Translations under genes and position numbers: made by a program
Shown: one piece after another, positions 1-7,859 of the stretch
Layout: every line of letters begins with the position of its first letter
Position numbering within the stretch: the first letter of the stretch is position 1
Notes under the pieces: model-generated
Database searches by the model: none
What the model saw: only the letters and a program-made list of their open reading frames with translations
What the model was told of the DNA's origin: nothing
From: an archaeon
GTDB taxonomy: Archaea > Iainarchaeota > Iainarchaeia > Iainarchaeales > CSSED10-239
DNA: 32,000 nt
Direction of reading: 5' to 3'
Assembly (NCBI GenBank): GCA_037147375.1
Contig: JBAWVI010000001.1
Coordinates: 10,678-42,677, forward strand

Positions 1-2
1 TT

Positions 3-527
3 CCAGACAAGATTGAAAACCATTTAATCTTAGTTGGTTCAGACGTTGTTGGTGATGCAATTTTAAAGGTTCTTTCAAGAGACAAGCACATACCAATAGT
101 AATTATAGATCAAAATCCAGAAAAGATAGCTCCACTTGTTGCAAAGAAAATTAATTGTATTTGTGGAGATGTAACTAATGAAGAAATTATTCATTCAATG
201 AACATAGATAAAGCAAGGCTTGTAGTTTCAACAATTCCAAGGTTTGATGTGACTATGAGATTACTAACTAAAGTTAAATCAATTAACCCTAAGCTTAAGT
301 TTTATGCAAGAGCAAACACAAATGAGCAAGCTCTTAAGTTATATGAAATGGGAGCAGACCTTGTAATCTTACCCCAGGTACCTGAATCAAACTTCCTTCT
401 TGAGAAGATAAGTATATTTAATGATGAGGTAGATAATAATAAAGTTGAAAATGCGTCTTTTATAAGAGGAGCATATGTAAGTTACTTGAAAAGAGAAGTA
501 GAACAAGAAAAAAAAAAAAGAAAATAA
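3..527 (+). CDS. TrkA-N/RCK-type (K+ transport, NAD-binding fold) domain protein, 5'-truncated by the window edge
   Basis: Frame 3 is open from base 3 into the listed ORF 198..527. My translation of 3..197 is PDKIENHLILVGSDVVGDAILKVLSRDKHIPIVIIDQNPEKIAPLVAKKINCICGDVTNEEIIHS. This is a Rossmann beta-alpha-beta with GxxxxG (GSDVVG), an acidic end to strand 2 (IID) and a GD motif, as in RCK domains at the C-terminus of Kef-type antiporters and K+ channels. Confidence 0.6.
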   Translation, partial: PDKIENHLILVGSDVVGDAILKVLSRDKHIPIVIIDQNPEKIAPLVAKKINCICGDVTNEEIIHSMNIDKARLVVSTIPRFDVTMRLLTKVKSINPKLKFYARANTNEQALKLYEMGADLVILPQVPESNFLLEKISIFNDEVDNNKVENASFIRGAYVSYLKREVEQEKKKRK

Positions 528-559
528 TATTTTATTAAAAATTAATGGAGTGATTTAAA

Positions 560-1627
560 ATGCAAAAAATAAATATTAAAGATAAAATGGGATTGAAATT
601 TACTGATGCACAGGAATTCATTAGCGCCGTTGTTAGTAATCCAAAAATATTAACAATGACTGGTCTTATGTTTATTGGGGCTAAGCAATTATCTGCTCAA
701 GAACTTGTTGGAATAAGAGATTTATCAATTACTCCTCTTACAGAACCTACAGGCCACTCAATACACACAAACACATTCTTTTTACAAAATCTAGATAATA
801 AATCTCAAGATTTCTTACAACAATCAATAGAATATAGATATGGTGGAGAATTTACTGGAAAGAAGCTCGCTGGAAATTATAATGTAGGTGTTGAAGTTGG
901 ATCAAATAATTTTATGATAAATAAAAAATTAGTTTCTGATAAATTATTTGAACAAATTCATTTAGTTTTAGGTTTATCAAAGATATTTAATACTCCGTTA
1001 ACTGTTAATCTTGGTTATTCTCAAAAGTTTGGAAACTATTATTTTGATGGAATGCAATTAACTGGTAACGTAAAAGCTGGAAAATCAGGAACTGGTGGAG
1101 TACTTAATATAAAAAACGGAAAAATAACTTCTTATGAAGGAATACAAGAAATAACTTTCGGAAAGAAGTTTACTGGTGCATTAAGATTTTATAATGAAGC
1201 TGGTAAAAACATGAAAGATGCATATTACAATGTTTATGGAATTGTAGATATGAGTTCTTCAAAATATGTTTTTGTTCCATATCTTTCAGCAGCAGCAACC
1301 AAAGATAGTTTAATGAAAGGAAAAATAGATTATAATTTAGGTATCTTCTTTAAACCATTAACTGGTAAACAAAAAGGAAGGTTCTACGCATATGCAGAGG
1401 TTGGAGTAAACAAGGGTGGAAAATGGAGTTTCTTTACAAGACTTAATTATAGATTAACAACTCCTGCTCCAAAAGTTTCAAAAGATGCAATGTTAAAAGA
1501 TGCATATGAGAAAGAAGTAAAAACAAAAGATAAAGCAATTAAAGAAAAACTAATAACTCAGAAGAAGGCAGTAGAAAGAAAAAGTATATTTAAAGCAAGA
1601 AATAACTTAAGACCAAGAGCAAGATAA
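560..1627 (+). CDS. hypothetical beta-strand-rich protein with a Lys-rich C-terminal extension ending KARNNLRPRAR
   Basis: 355-aa ORF with GGAG 9 nt upstream of the ATG. No family recognised. It has long runs of alternating aromatic/hydrophobic and polar residues separated by Gly-rich turns. The tail is shared with the next gene. Confidence 0.6.
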   Translation: MQKINIKDKMGLKFTDAQEFISAVVSNPKILTMTGLMFIGAKQLSAQELVGIRDLSITPLTEPTGHSIHTNTFFLQNLDNKSQDFLQQSIEYRYGGEFTGKKLAGNYNVGVEVGSNNFMINKKLVSDKLFEQIHLVLGLSKIFNTPLTVNLGYSQKFGNYYFDGMQLTGNVKAGKSGTGGVLNIKNGKITSYEGIQEITFGKKFTGALRFYNEAGKNMKDAYYNVYGIVDMSSSKYVFVPYLSAAATKDSLMKGKIDYNLGIFFKPLTGKQKGRFYAYAEVGVNKGGKWSFFTRLNYRLTTPAPKVSKDAMLKDAYEKEVKTKDKAIKEKLITQKKAVERKSIFKARNNLRPRAR

Positions 1628-1654
1628 ATATTAAATTAAGAAGGAGATGAATTT

Positions 1655-2248
1655 ATGAAAACAAGTAGTGCAATTAAATATGGAATTGCAGGATTAACAT
1701 CTGTTGCAATTATTTATGGAATTAATAAATGTGATACAGCTGTAAATAAAAGTGTAGATGCTACTGAAATGGTAAATAAATTTGCGGTTAAATCATTAAT
1801 AGATACATTTAATATTAAATTAAATAAAGAAGATAGTACTTTATTTTCAAATTATATAAAAGAATTTACATCTCAGGACTTTGTAAAAGGAAGAATATCT
1901 GATTTATATAAAATTGGTAGAGATACAAACCTATTAACTGCATATAATCCAAGAAATCCATTAGGTGAACATAGAGATATAATTTTAAGAAATATAGCTA
2001 ATTTATTAGTTATTAATTCAACTCTATTTTCTGAAAAACTAGATAGTATGAATTCACTATTAGTAAAAAGATTAAGTAAATATCCAGAATATAATAAATT
2101 TCAAAAACATTGGAACATAACTGTTGAAAAAGAAGGATATGGTAAATTATTTTCAAAGAAATATATTCCAACAAAAGAAATACATAAATCAAAGCCGATT
2201 CTTAAAAAGCCAATTGCAAAAGCAAGAAACAACTTAAGACCAAGATAA
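1655..2248 (+). CDS. hypothetical protein with an N-terminal signal/anchor-like segment and a C-terminal KARNNLRPR tail
   Basis: 197-aa ORF with GGAG 8 nt upstream. The N-terminus MKTSSAIKYGIAGLTSVAIIYGINKC has a hydrophobic stretch followed by Cys. The C-terminus is IAKARNNLRPR. The gene is followed by a pyrimidine/T-rich tract. Confidence 0.6.
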   Translation: MKTSSAIKYGIAGLTSVAIIYGINKCDTAVNKSVDATEMVNKFAVKSLIDTFNIKLNKEDSTLFSNYIKEFTSQDFVKGRISDLYKIGRDTNLLTAYNPRNPLGEHRDIILRNIANLLVINSTLFSEKLDSMNSLLVKRLSKYPEYNKFQKHWNITVEKEGYGKLFSKKYIPTKEIHKSKPILKKPIAKARNNLRPR

Positions 2249-2255
2249 GTTTATA

Positions 2256-2297
2256 CTTATCTTCTTTCTCTTTCTTTTTTTCTTTACTCTTATTTTT
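2256..2297 (+). terminator. pyrimidine/oligo-T tract, candidate archaeal intrinsic terminator
   Basis: cttatcttctttctctttctttttttctttactcttattttt lies directly after the stop at 2248 and includes a T7 run at 2275..2281. Archaeal RNAP terminates at oligo-T. The AT-rich background lowers specificity. Confidence 0.35.
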
Positions 2298-2330
2298 AAA
2301 CCTTTTGTAAACTAATTTATTTTGATTATT

Positions 2331-2903
2331 ATGCATATACTAATTTGTGGATTTTCTGGTTCTGGTAAAAGCTACCTTGCTGAAAACCTTGGTAAAAGAC
2401 TTAAAGGATACAAAGTTGTTCACTCATCAGCCATCTTCAAACAACTTCAAGCTAAACAAAAAATTGATTCATCTAAAACAAAAATGAATAAAGGATGGTA
2501 TGAATTTTCTAATTTCACAGAAAAAAGAAAGAAAGATGAATCTCTTGATAGAAATCTTGATAAATATCTTCTAGAGCTTATAAAAAAAGAAGACAACATA
2601 ATTATTGATTCTTGGACTCTTCCATACCTAACAAAGAAAGGAATAAGAATATGGCTTATTGCAGGAAAGGAAGAAAGAGCAAAGAGACTATCATTAAGAG
2701 ATAAAATATCCTATAAAGAAGCAATTGAAGTTGTTAAAAAGAAAGATGCATTCTCAATTAAACAATATAAGAAGCTTTATGGATTTAAGTTCGGAACTAA
2801 CATAAGAACTACTTTTGATTATAGAATAAACACAAACAAGCTAGATATTCCTGGAGTTTGCGATGAAGCATATAGATTAATTAAAAATAAATTAAAAAAA
2901 TAA
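2331..2903 (+). CDS. cmk: P-loop nucleotide kinase, archaeal-type cytidylate kinase-like
   Basis: Walker A is ICGFSGSGKSY at the N-terminus. The C-terminal half, IWLIAGKEERAKRLSLRDKISYKEAIEVVKKKDAFSIKQYKKLYGFKFG...YRINT, matches the archaeal CMP kinase layout (lid region plus RY..YG.D). I preferred the ATG at 2331 over the TTG at 2322 in the ORF track. Confidence 0.55.
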   Translation: MHILICGFSGSGKSYLAENLGKRLKGYKVVHSSAIFKQLQAKQKIDSSKTKMNKGWYEFSNFTEKRKKDESLDRNLDKYLLELIKKEDNIIIDSWTLPYLTKKGIRIWLIAGKEERAKRLSLRDKISYKEAIEVVKKKDAFSIKQYKKLYGFKFGTNIRTTFDYRINTNKLDIPGVCDEAYRLIKNKLKK

Positions 2904-2910
2904 ATAAGAT

Positions 2911-3759
2911 TTATTCTCTTCTTCTTTCAAGTTCTTTAACTACTTCTTCACTTGTTTTATATTTTCCTAAAATGTTTTCTTTATGCATGCTTGTTCCATG
3001 AAAATCAGATCCTGCAGTTTCAATAAGATCAAGATCCTTGCAAACATCTCTTATTATTTGCATGAATTCATGACTTTCTTCCTTAAGTTCTTGAGGAATA
3101 GGACCTCTTGTTTCAACCCCACATAAGCCATGCTTTGATAACTTAACTATGAGATTTTCTATTCCTTCCTTTTGATCATGTCTTAATAACCATGGATGAG
3201 GAAGAATTGCGACTCCACCAGCAATCTTAATTGTCTCAATAATCTTCTTTGCTTTTATTGGTTCAGTATCAAGTCTTACTCTAATCTTCTTAAAATATTT
3301 ATTATAAATCTCTTGTGTACTTGTTCCATATCCTTTGTTAATTAAAACTTCAGCAAGATGTGGAGCCATAACTTGATGATAATGCATTTTCTTTGCATGT
3401 TCTTCAACTTCTTCCATATCAACATCAACATTTAGGTCAGCTAGGCCTTCAATTCTTCTTTTTAGGTGCTCAAGCTTTGTTTTTTGATTAGCCTCAAGAA
3501 GAGAACAAAGTTCAGGTGACTTATGATCTATAAAATATCCAAGTATCTCTAAACCAAATCCTTGAATCTCAACTCCAGGAATAAATTCCATCTCAATTTC
3601 CTTAGCATGCTTGATTGCTTCTTGCAAACCAAATACAGAATCATGATCAGTTATAGATATTCCAGATAAGCCTTCAGCTTTAGCAAGATCTAAAAGTTTC
3701 TTTGGAGTATATACCCCATCAGAATAAGTTGAATGTGTGTGAAGATCAAAATATTTCAT
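2911..3759 (-). CDS. PHP-domain metal-dependent phosphoesterase (TrpH/YciV-like, COG0613-type)
   Basis: The N-terminus is MKYFDLHTHSTYSDGVYTPKKLLDLAKAEGLSGISITDHDSVFGLQEA...IPGVEI, giving the HxH, SDG and TDHD motifs of the PHP fold. A C-terminal GSDFHG is also present. Confidence 0.75.
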   Translation of the reverse strand: MKYFDLHTHSTYSDGVYTPKKLLDLAKAEGLSGISITDHDSVFGLQEAIKHAKEIEMEFIPGVEIQGFGLEILGYFIDHKSPELCSLLEANQKTKLEHLKRRIEGLADLNVDVDMEEVEEHAKKMHYHQVMAPHLAEVLINKGYGTSTQEIYNKYFKKIRVRLDTEPIKAKKIIETIKIAGGVAILPHPWLLRHDQKEGIENLIVKLSKHGLCGVETRGPIPQELKEESHEFMQIIRDVCKDLDLIETAGSDFHGTSMHKENILGKYKTSEEVVKELERRRE

Positions 3760-3781
3760 TTTTTGTTCCTTCTAAACTTAT

Positions 3782-3991
3782 TTATTGCATTGTTTTAGTT
3801 GCAAGCTTAATATCTTCACCAGTAACTGTTTTTCTTTTAGCGTGAAGTGCAAGTTCGATTGCTTGTTTTGAAATATCTTGTGCAACTTCTCCTAATATCT
3901 TTGATAATTCTTCTGCAGCATCCTCTGAAACTCTTTCAGCACCTGCTTTTCTAATAAGTCTGTCTACAGCAGCGATTGGTAATTCACTCAT
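3782..3991 (-). CDS. archaeal histone (HMfA/B family, single histone fold)
   Basis: 69 aa: MSELPIAAVDRLIRKAGAERVSEDAAEELSKILGEVAQDISKQAIELALHAKRKTVTGEDIKLA. This is the canonical archaeal histone-fold sequence pattern, including LP.A...RI.K.AGA.RVS and HAKRKTV...DI.LA. GGAGGAG lies upstream of the ATG. Confidence 0.9.
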   Translation of the reverse strand: MSELPIAAVDRLIRKAGAERVSEDAAEELSKILGEVAQDISKQAIELALHAKRKTVTGEDIKLATKTMQ

Positions 3992-4178
3992 AAATACTCC
4001 TCCAATTTAAAAATTAGCTTAATATATATCTTATTTACCAGAAATCCTTTTAAATTAATCTATTTTCAAAAATAAAGCGTTTTTAACGATTTTTTTCATT
4101 TATTATAAAATGTTAATGAATATATATATTTCTATACACTACATCTATATAAGTTTATTAAACTATAAGCGTGATTAA

Positions 4179-5078
4179 ATGGTTTTACAAGATTCTATTC
4201 TTTTACAAATAAGTCAAAAGCAAACAAATTATAATGATCTTTTACTTAGAATGACACCAAACTATAAATCAAGTGATTCTGCAAAAGCTGCTCTTTCTCG
4301 TGCTTTAAAAAATCTAATTTCTTTTGGAGAGATTGAAAAAAAAGAAGAACTATATATTTTAACTGAAAAAGGAAAACATACAGTTGATTCAAAATTAAAG
4401 AACAAGATACTAATAGTTATTAATGATTTATTATCTAAATCAAAAAAAGCAAATTCTCTTCAGTATATAGATGACATTATTAAAAATATACAAGTGTTTA
4501 TTGAAAAATCAAAAACTGATCCATCATTAATTAAGGTTGCTAAAACAAGTTCAACCTTTTATATTTCTGATCTTAATTATTTAAAGGAAGATATTGAAAA
4601 TAAAGTAACTCATTATCATCATCTTTTAGAAATTCTTCAAAAGCAAATAAACATACTTCAGGAAGAAAACTTTGAGGACTTTTATTCAATTAACTTAGAT
4701 GAAAATGCTTTCTTCCATGTTGAAAACTTTTGTAAAATAAATAATCTAACAGACATAACTATTGATTGTGATAAGGATAGTCCTGAAACAATTCTTTTAT
4801 TTGTGAAAAATTCAAAATTCACAAGAAAATCAGATTATGTTTTTTCAACATCAATTATCAATATGCCTGAGCTTAAAAATATATTACTTTCAAATTTTGA
4901 AAATACAATTCAAGCAAAATTTAAGATTTATTTAAATGATATACTTATTAAAACTAGTTTTGGTAAACTTTATTTCTTTGGTCCTTATAACCTTATTTCA
5001 AAGATTAAGGATGAAATTAATAAGAAAGAAGAAATTAAGAAGGAAGAACCAATAAAAACAACTAAGAAAAAGAAATAA
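4179..5078 (+). CDS. hypothetical protein with a probable N-terminal winged-helix domain
   Basis: 299-aa ORF. The N-terminal ~70 aa (NYNDLLLRM...AKAALSRALKNLISFGEIEKKEELYILTEKGK) has a helix-turn-helix plus beta-wing pattern. The rest is unrecognised, with a Lys/Glu-rich tail. Its stop is 1 nt from the next start. Confidence 0.5.
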   Translation: MVLQDSILLQISQKQTNYNDLLLRMTPNYKSSDSAKAALSRALKNLISFGEIEKKEELYILTEKGKHTVDSKLKNKILIVINDLLSKSKKANSLQYIDDIIKNIQVFIEKSKTDPSLIKVAKTSSTFYISDLNYLKEDIENKVTHYHHLLEILQKQINILQEENFEDFYSINLDENAFFHVENFCKINNLTDITIDCDKDSPETILLFVKNSKFTRKSDYVFSTSIINMPELKNILLSNFENTIQAKFKIYLNDILIKTSFGKLYFFGPYNLISKIKDEINKKEEIKKEEPIKTTKKKK

Positions 5079-5079
5079 T

Positions 5080-5691
5080 ATGAATAAAATAAAAACTCCA
5101 AGATCTAGATGTAATCTATTAATTCCAGCAATTATTAGTTTATTTTTATTTATTATTTTATTATTATTAGTTAGTCTTGGATTAACAAATAGTGTTGATC
5201 AAAGTATAAGCTATTTTTTTATTAGTATTCAAACAAATCTACTAGTTTCAATCTTTATTTTAATAACTTCAATATGTTCAACTATAGGTATTGTAGTTGT
5301 TGGAATTGTGATTGCAATTTATTTTTATTTATTAAATAAATTAAAAGATCTTAAAACCATAGTTCTTTTAGTATTTACTGAATTAATATTTGTTTATATA
5401 ATTAAACATATAATTTCGAGAACTAGACCTGTTAATGAAATAATCCAGCAAACAAACTTTAGTTTTCCAAGCGGGCATGCAGCAATATCAATTGTGTTGT
5501 TTGGTTTTTTAGTAGTATTCTTCTGGAATAGAAAAAGATACGTTAGTTATTTGCTTGGTATCTTAATTTTATTAATTGGATTTTCAAGAATTTATCTAAA
5601 TGTACATTGGTTAACTGATGTGATTGGTGGATATCTTATAGGAAGTACAATATTATTATTTGGATTATATTTTTTAAAAAGAATTAAATGA
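5080..5691 (+). CDS. PAP2-family membrane phosphatase (undecaprenyl/dolichyl-diphosphate or phosphatidic acid phosphatase type)
   Basis: All three PAP2 signature blocks are present: KHIISRTRP (KxxxxxxRP), PSGHA and SRIYLNVHWLTD (SRxxxxxHxxxD). There are multiple hydrophobic helices. Confidence 0.85.
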   Translation: MNKIKTPRSRCNLLIPAIISLFLFIILLLLVSLGLTNSVDQSISYFFISIQTNLLVSIFILITSICSTIGIVVVGIVIAIYFYLLNKLKDLKTIVLLVFTELIFVYIIKHIISRTRPVNEIIQQTNFSFPSGHAAISIVLFGFLVVFFWNRKRYVSYLLGILILLIGFSRIYLNVHWLTDVIGGYLIGSTILLFGLYFLKRIK

Positions 5692-5702
5692 GGTAATTAA
5701 TT

Positions 5703-6365
5703 ATGAAGATTAGATATTTTGGGCATGCTTGTTTTGCATTTAATGATAAAGAAGTAAATGTTCTAATAGATCCATTCATTTCTGGTAATCCTTTATTATC
5801 ACCAGGTTCATTTGATATAATTCCAGATCTAATTTTAGTTTCTCATGATCACCCAGATCACATAGGGGATACAATATCTCTTGCAAGAAGAACAAATTGT
5901 AGTGTATTGTGTGTTTATGATCTAGGAGCTGAACTTGCAAGATCTGGTTTGTCTGTGATTGGTGGAAATATTGGAGGAACCATGGATTACAAGCACATAA
6001 AAATAACTTATGTTAAAGCAGAACATACTTCAAAGACAGGTGTTCCTGTTGGATATGTAATTAAATTTTCAGATCACGTAATATATTTTGCTGGAGACAC
6101 AGCAATTATGGCAGATATGAAATTAATTAAAGAACTATATCATCCAGATATTGTAATACTCCCAATTGATGGATATTATAATATGGGTCCATATGAAGCA
6201 AGTCACGCAGTAAGATTACTTGAGCCAAAAATTGTGATTCCTATGCACTATGGGACTTTTCCTTTACTTAAAGGAACCCCAGATGAATTAATCCAAGAAA
6301 TTAAAAAACAAAATCTAGATGTTAAAGTAATTGTATTTAATATAAATGAACAAAAAGAAATTTAA
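5703..6365 (+). CDS. UPF0173-type metallo-beta-lactamase-fold hydrolase
   Basis: MKIRYFGHACFAF...LIDPF...ILVSHDHPDHIGD...IYFAGDT...IPMHYGTF. It has the HxHxDH motif and downstream His/Asp ligands, and is 220 aa as is typical of UPF0173. GAGGT lies upstream. Confidence 0.8.
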   Translation: MKIRYFGHACFAFNDKEVNVLIDPFISGNPLLSPGSFDIIPDLILVSHDHPDHIGDTISLARRTNCSVLCVYDLGAELARSGLSVIGGNIGGTMDYKHIKITYVKAEHTSKTGVPVGYVIKFSDHVIYFAGDTAIMADMKLIKELYHPDIVILPIDGYYNMGPYEASHAVRLLEPKIVIPMHYGTFPLLKGTPDELIQEIKKQNLDVKVIVFNINEQKEI

Positions 6366-6378
6366 TGGATGAATAAAT

Positions 6379-7137
6379 ATGAATCACATAATACCAACAA
6401 TTAATAATCCTAGTAAGGAAGAAGAAAAGATATTACAACAAAGATTTACAAAAAATTATTCATTTGCAAGAAACATTTTTGCAATTATTCCATCTGAATT
6501 AATTTTTGAAGATAAATTAAAATCAATTTCTGAAAACATAAATTTCAGAAAAAGTAATTCACTTCAATTTTCCCAATTTCAAAGAAAAGGACATTCAATT
6601 GTAATGAGCACAGATAGAAGAGAAGATGAATCTCCTATGCAATATGAAATAAAAAATCCTAAAGGAGAAAGAATTGCTGTATTTAATTTTTTCTTAGTTT
6701 CTGAAAAAGGTAAGCTTTGTGTAAGAATTAATAATCATAAAGGTGTTTCTGGAAAATCATATTTAGTTCAATTAAATAATTTAAATAAAAAACTTGGAGA
6801 AGACTGGAGAGTTCTGGTTCTAAAAACAATAAAAAATCATTTTGAGAAGAAAAATATAAAGGTAATACCAGAAATGCCAAGAATGTTCACCTCAACTCCA
6901 ACTGAATATCTTAGATATAGTAAACATTATTTTGATACTGCAATTAATGCAGGTATTTCTCCAGAAAATATAGATTTTAGATATGTTCCTGACAAGAACC
7001 TAAAAAACTTGTTTATTGCAAAGAAAAATATTATTCATGAAAATAATGTTAAGCTTGAAAAGAAAAAGCTTAAAGAAGTTAAAACAAAGCACAATGAACT
7101 TAAAAAACTTGGTGCATTTTTAAAACACAGGATGTAA
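6379..7137 (+). CDS. hypothetical protein (possible distant paralogue of 25089..25973)
   Basis: 252-aa ORF in a dense co-directional array. No motif recognised. The C-terminus is basic. Confidence 0.5.
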   Translation: MNHIIPTINNPSKEEEKILQQRFTKNYSFARNIFAIIPSELIFEDKLKSISENINFRKSNSLQFSQFQRKGHSIVMSTDRREDESPMQYEIKNPKGERIAVFNFFLVSEKGKLCVRINNHKGVSGKSYLVQLNNLNKKLGEDWRVLVLKTIKNHFEKKNIKVIPEMPRMFTSTPTEYLRYSKHYFDTAINAGISPENIDFRYVPDKNLKNLFIAKKNIIHENNVKLEKKKLKEVKTKHNELKKLGAFLKHRM

Positions 7138-7142
7138 AAAAC

Positions 7143-7217
7143 AGGGTTTGGTGGGATTTGAACCCACGACCTATTGGTCCGAAGCCAATTGCACTATCCA
7201 AGCTATGCTACAAACCC
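7143..7217 (-). tRNA. tRNA-Arg, anticodon UCG, no intron, CCA not encoded
   Basis: The reverse complement folds by hand into a perfect cloverleaf. Elements in order: GGGTTTG / TA / GCAT-AGCTTGGATA-GTGC / A / ATTGG-CTTCGGA-CCAAT / AGGTC / GTGGG-TTCAAAT-CCCAC / CAAACCC / T. The acceptor stem has 7 Watson-Crick bp, the D-loop has GG, the T-loop is TTCAAAT, and the anticodon loop is C-T-TCG-G-A. Confidence 0.9.
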
Positions 7218-7364
7218 TTTTACTTATTTTATTTAAGAAAACTTAAGCTTTTTAATAGGATTGTTTCTTATATATATAATAGATTTGTTGTATTTTATAA
7301 TAGTATCTATTTTGTATATTTTAGAGTAATTTATACTTAAATTTAAAACTAGAGGTGTACCATC

Positions 7365-7520
7365 ATGGAATCATGTACAAGTTGTAATAAAGAAGTAAGA
7401 GAGGACTACACAGCATTTAAGTGTCCTGCATGCGGTAAAGCAAAAATATTAAGATGTAATAGATGTAAGTCTATTTCTAAGTTATATAAATGTCCAGAAT
7501 GCGGATTTGTTGGACCTTAA
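7365..7520 (+). CDS. small Zn-ribbon protein (COG2888-type, predicted RNA-binding/translation-associated)
   Basis: Not in the supplied ORF track, presumably because it is too short. ATG 7365 to TAA 7518-7520 gives MESCTSCNKEVREDYTAFKCPACGKAKILRCNRCKSISKLYKCPECGFVGP, 51 aa with four CxxC pairs. GAGGTG lies 8 nt upstream. It sits directly upstream of aEF-1beta, the conserved archaeal neighbourhood for this family. Confidence 0.7.
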   Translation: MESCTSCNKEVREDYTAFKCPACGKAKILRCNRCKSISKLYKCPECGFVGP

Positions 7521-7582
7521 ATAAAGAAAAGGAACTAAATGTTCTTTTTTTAATATTTATTTTACAAGGAGTTGTTTAAATT

Positions 7583-7858
7583 ATGGGTTATATAATGTCT
7601 ATCTACAAGATTTATCCAGAGGATCCAGAAGATATAGAAAGAATAGTTGAAGTTTTAAAGAAAGGATTCCCAGAACCATTTAGAGTTCAGACTGGAGACA
7701 TTAGAATTGAACCAATAGCTTTTGGTTTAAGTTTAATTAGAATTGGTGTTGTTTTTCCAGACAAGATAGATGGTTTACTTGATAAACTTGAAGGTTTATT
7801 AAAAGATATCCCTGGAGTAAGAGAGCTTGAGACTGAAGGATCTACATTAATCTCATAA
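7583..7858 (+). CDS. ef1b: translation elongation factor aEF-1 beta
   Basis: 91 aa. YKIYPEDPEDIERIVEVLKK...IEPIAFGLSLIRIGVVFPDK...LEGLLKDIPGVRELE matches the aEF-1beta pattern (IKVMPE.P......I.EPIAFGL.AL...V). GGAG lies 11 nt upstream of ATG 7583. Confidence 0.85.
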   Translation: MGYIMSIYKIYPEDPEDIERIVEVLKKGFPEPFRVQTGDIRIEPIAFGLSLIRIGVVFPDKIDGLLDKLEGLLKDIPGVRELETEGSTLIS

Positions 7859-7859
7859 G

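Noticed and set aside
508-519. A12 homopolymer inside the 3' end of the TrkA-N-type gene (possible slippage or phase-variation site)
   Set aside because: It encodes only the terminal KKKK of a Lys-rich tail, 2 codons before the stop. A length change would alter only a few residues, so it is more likely compositional than regulatory.
7158-7340. 60-aa plus-strand ORF in the supplied track
   Set aside because: Its 5' part is the antisense of a perfectly folding tRNA-Arg (7143..7217). The remainder is low-complexity AT-rich intergenic sequence (FYLFYLRKL..., VVFYNSIYFVYF). No SD is present.
6379-7364. tRNA-Arg as an integration site for a mobile element
   Set aside because: There is no integrase, no duplicated tRNA 3' fragment (att-like repeat) visible in the window, and the flanks are ordinary co-directional genes.
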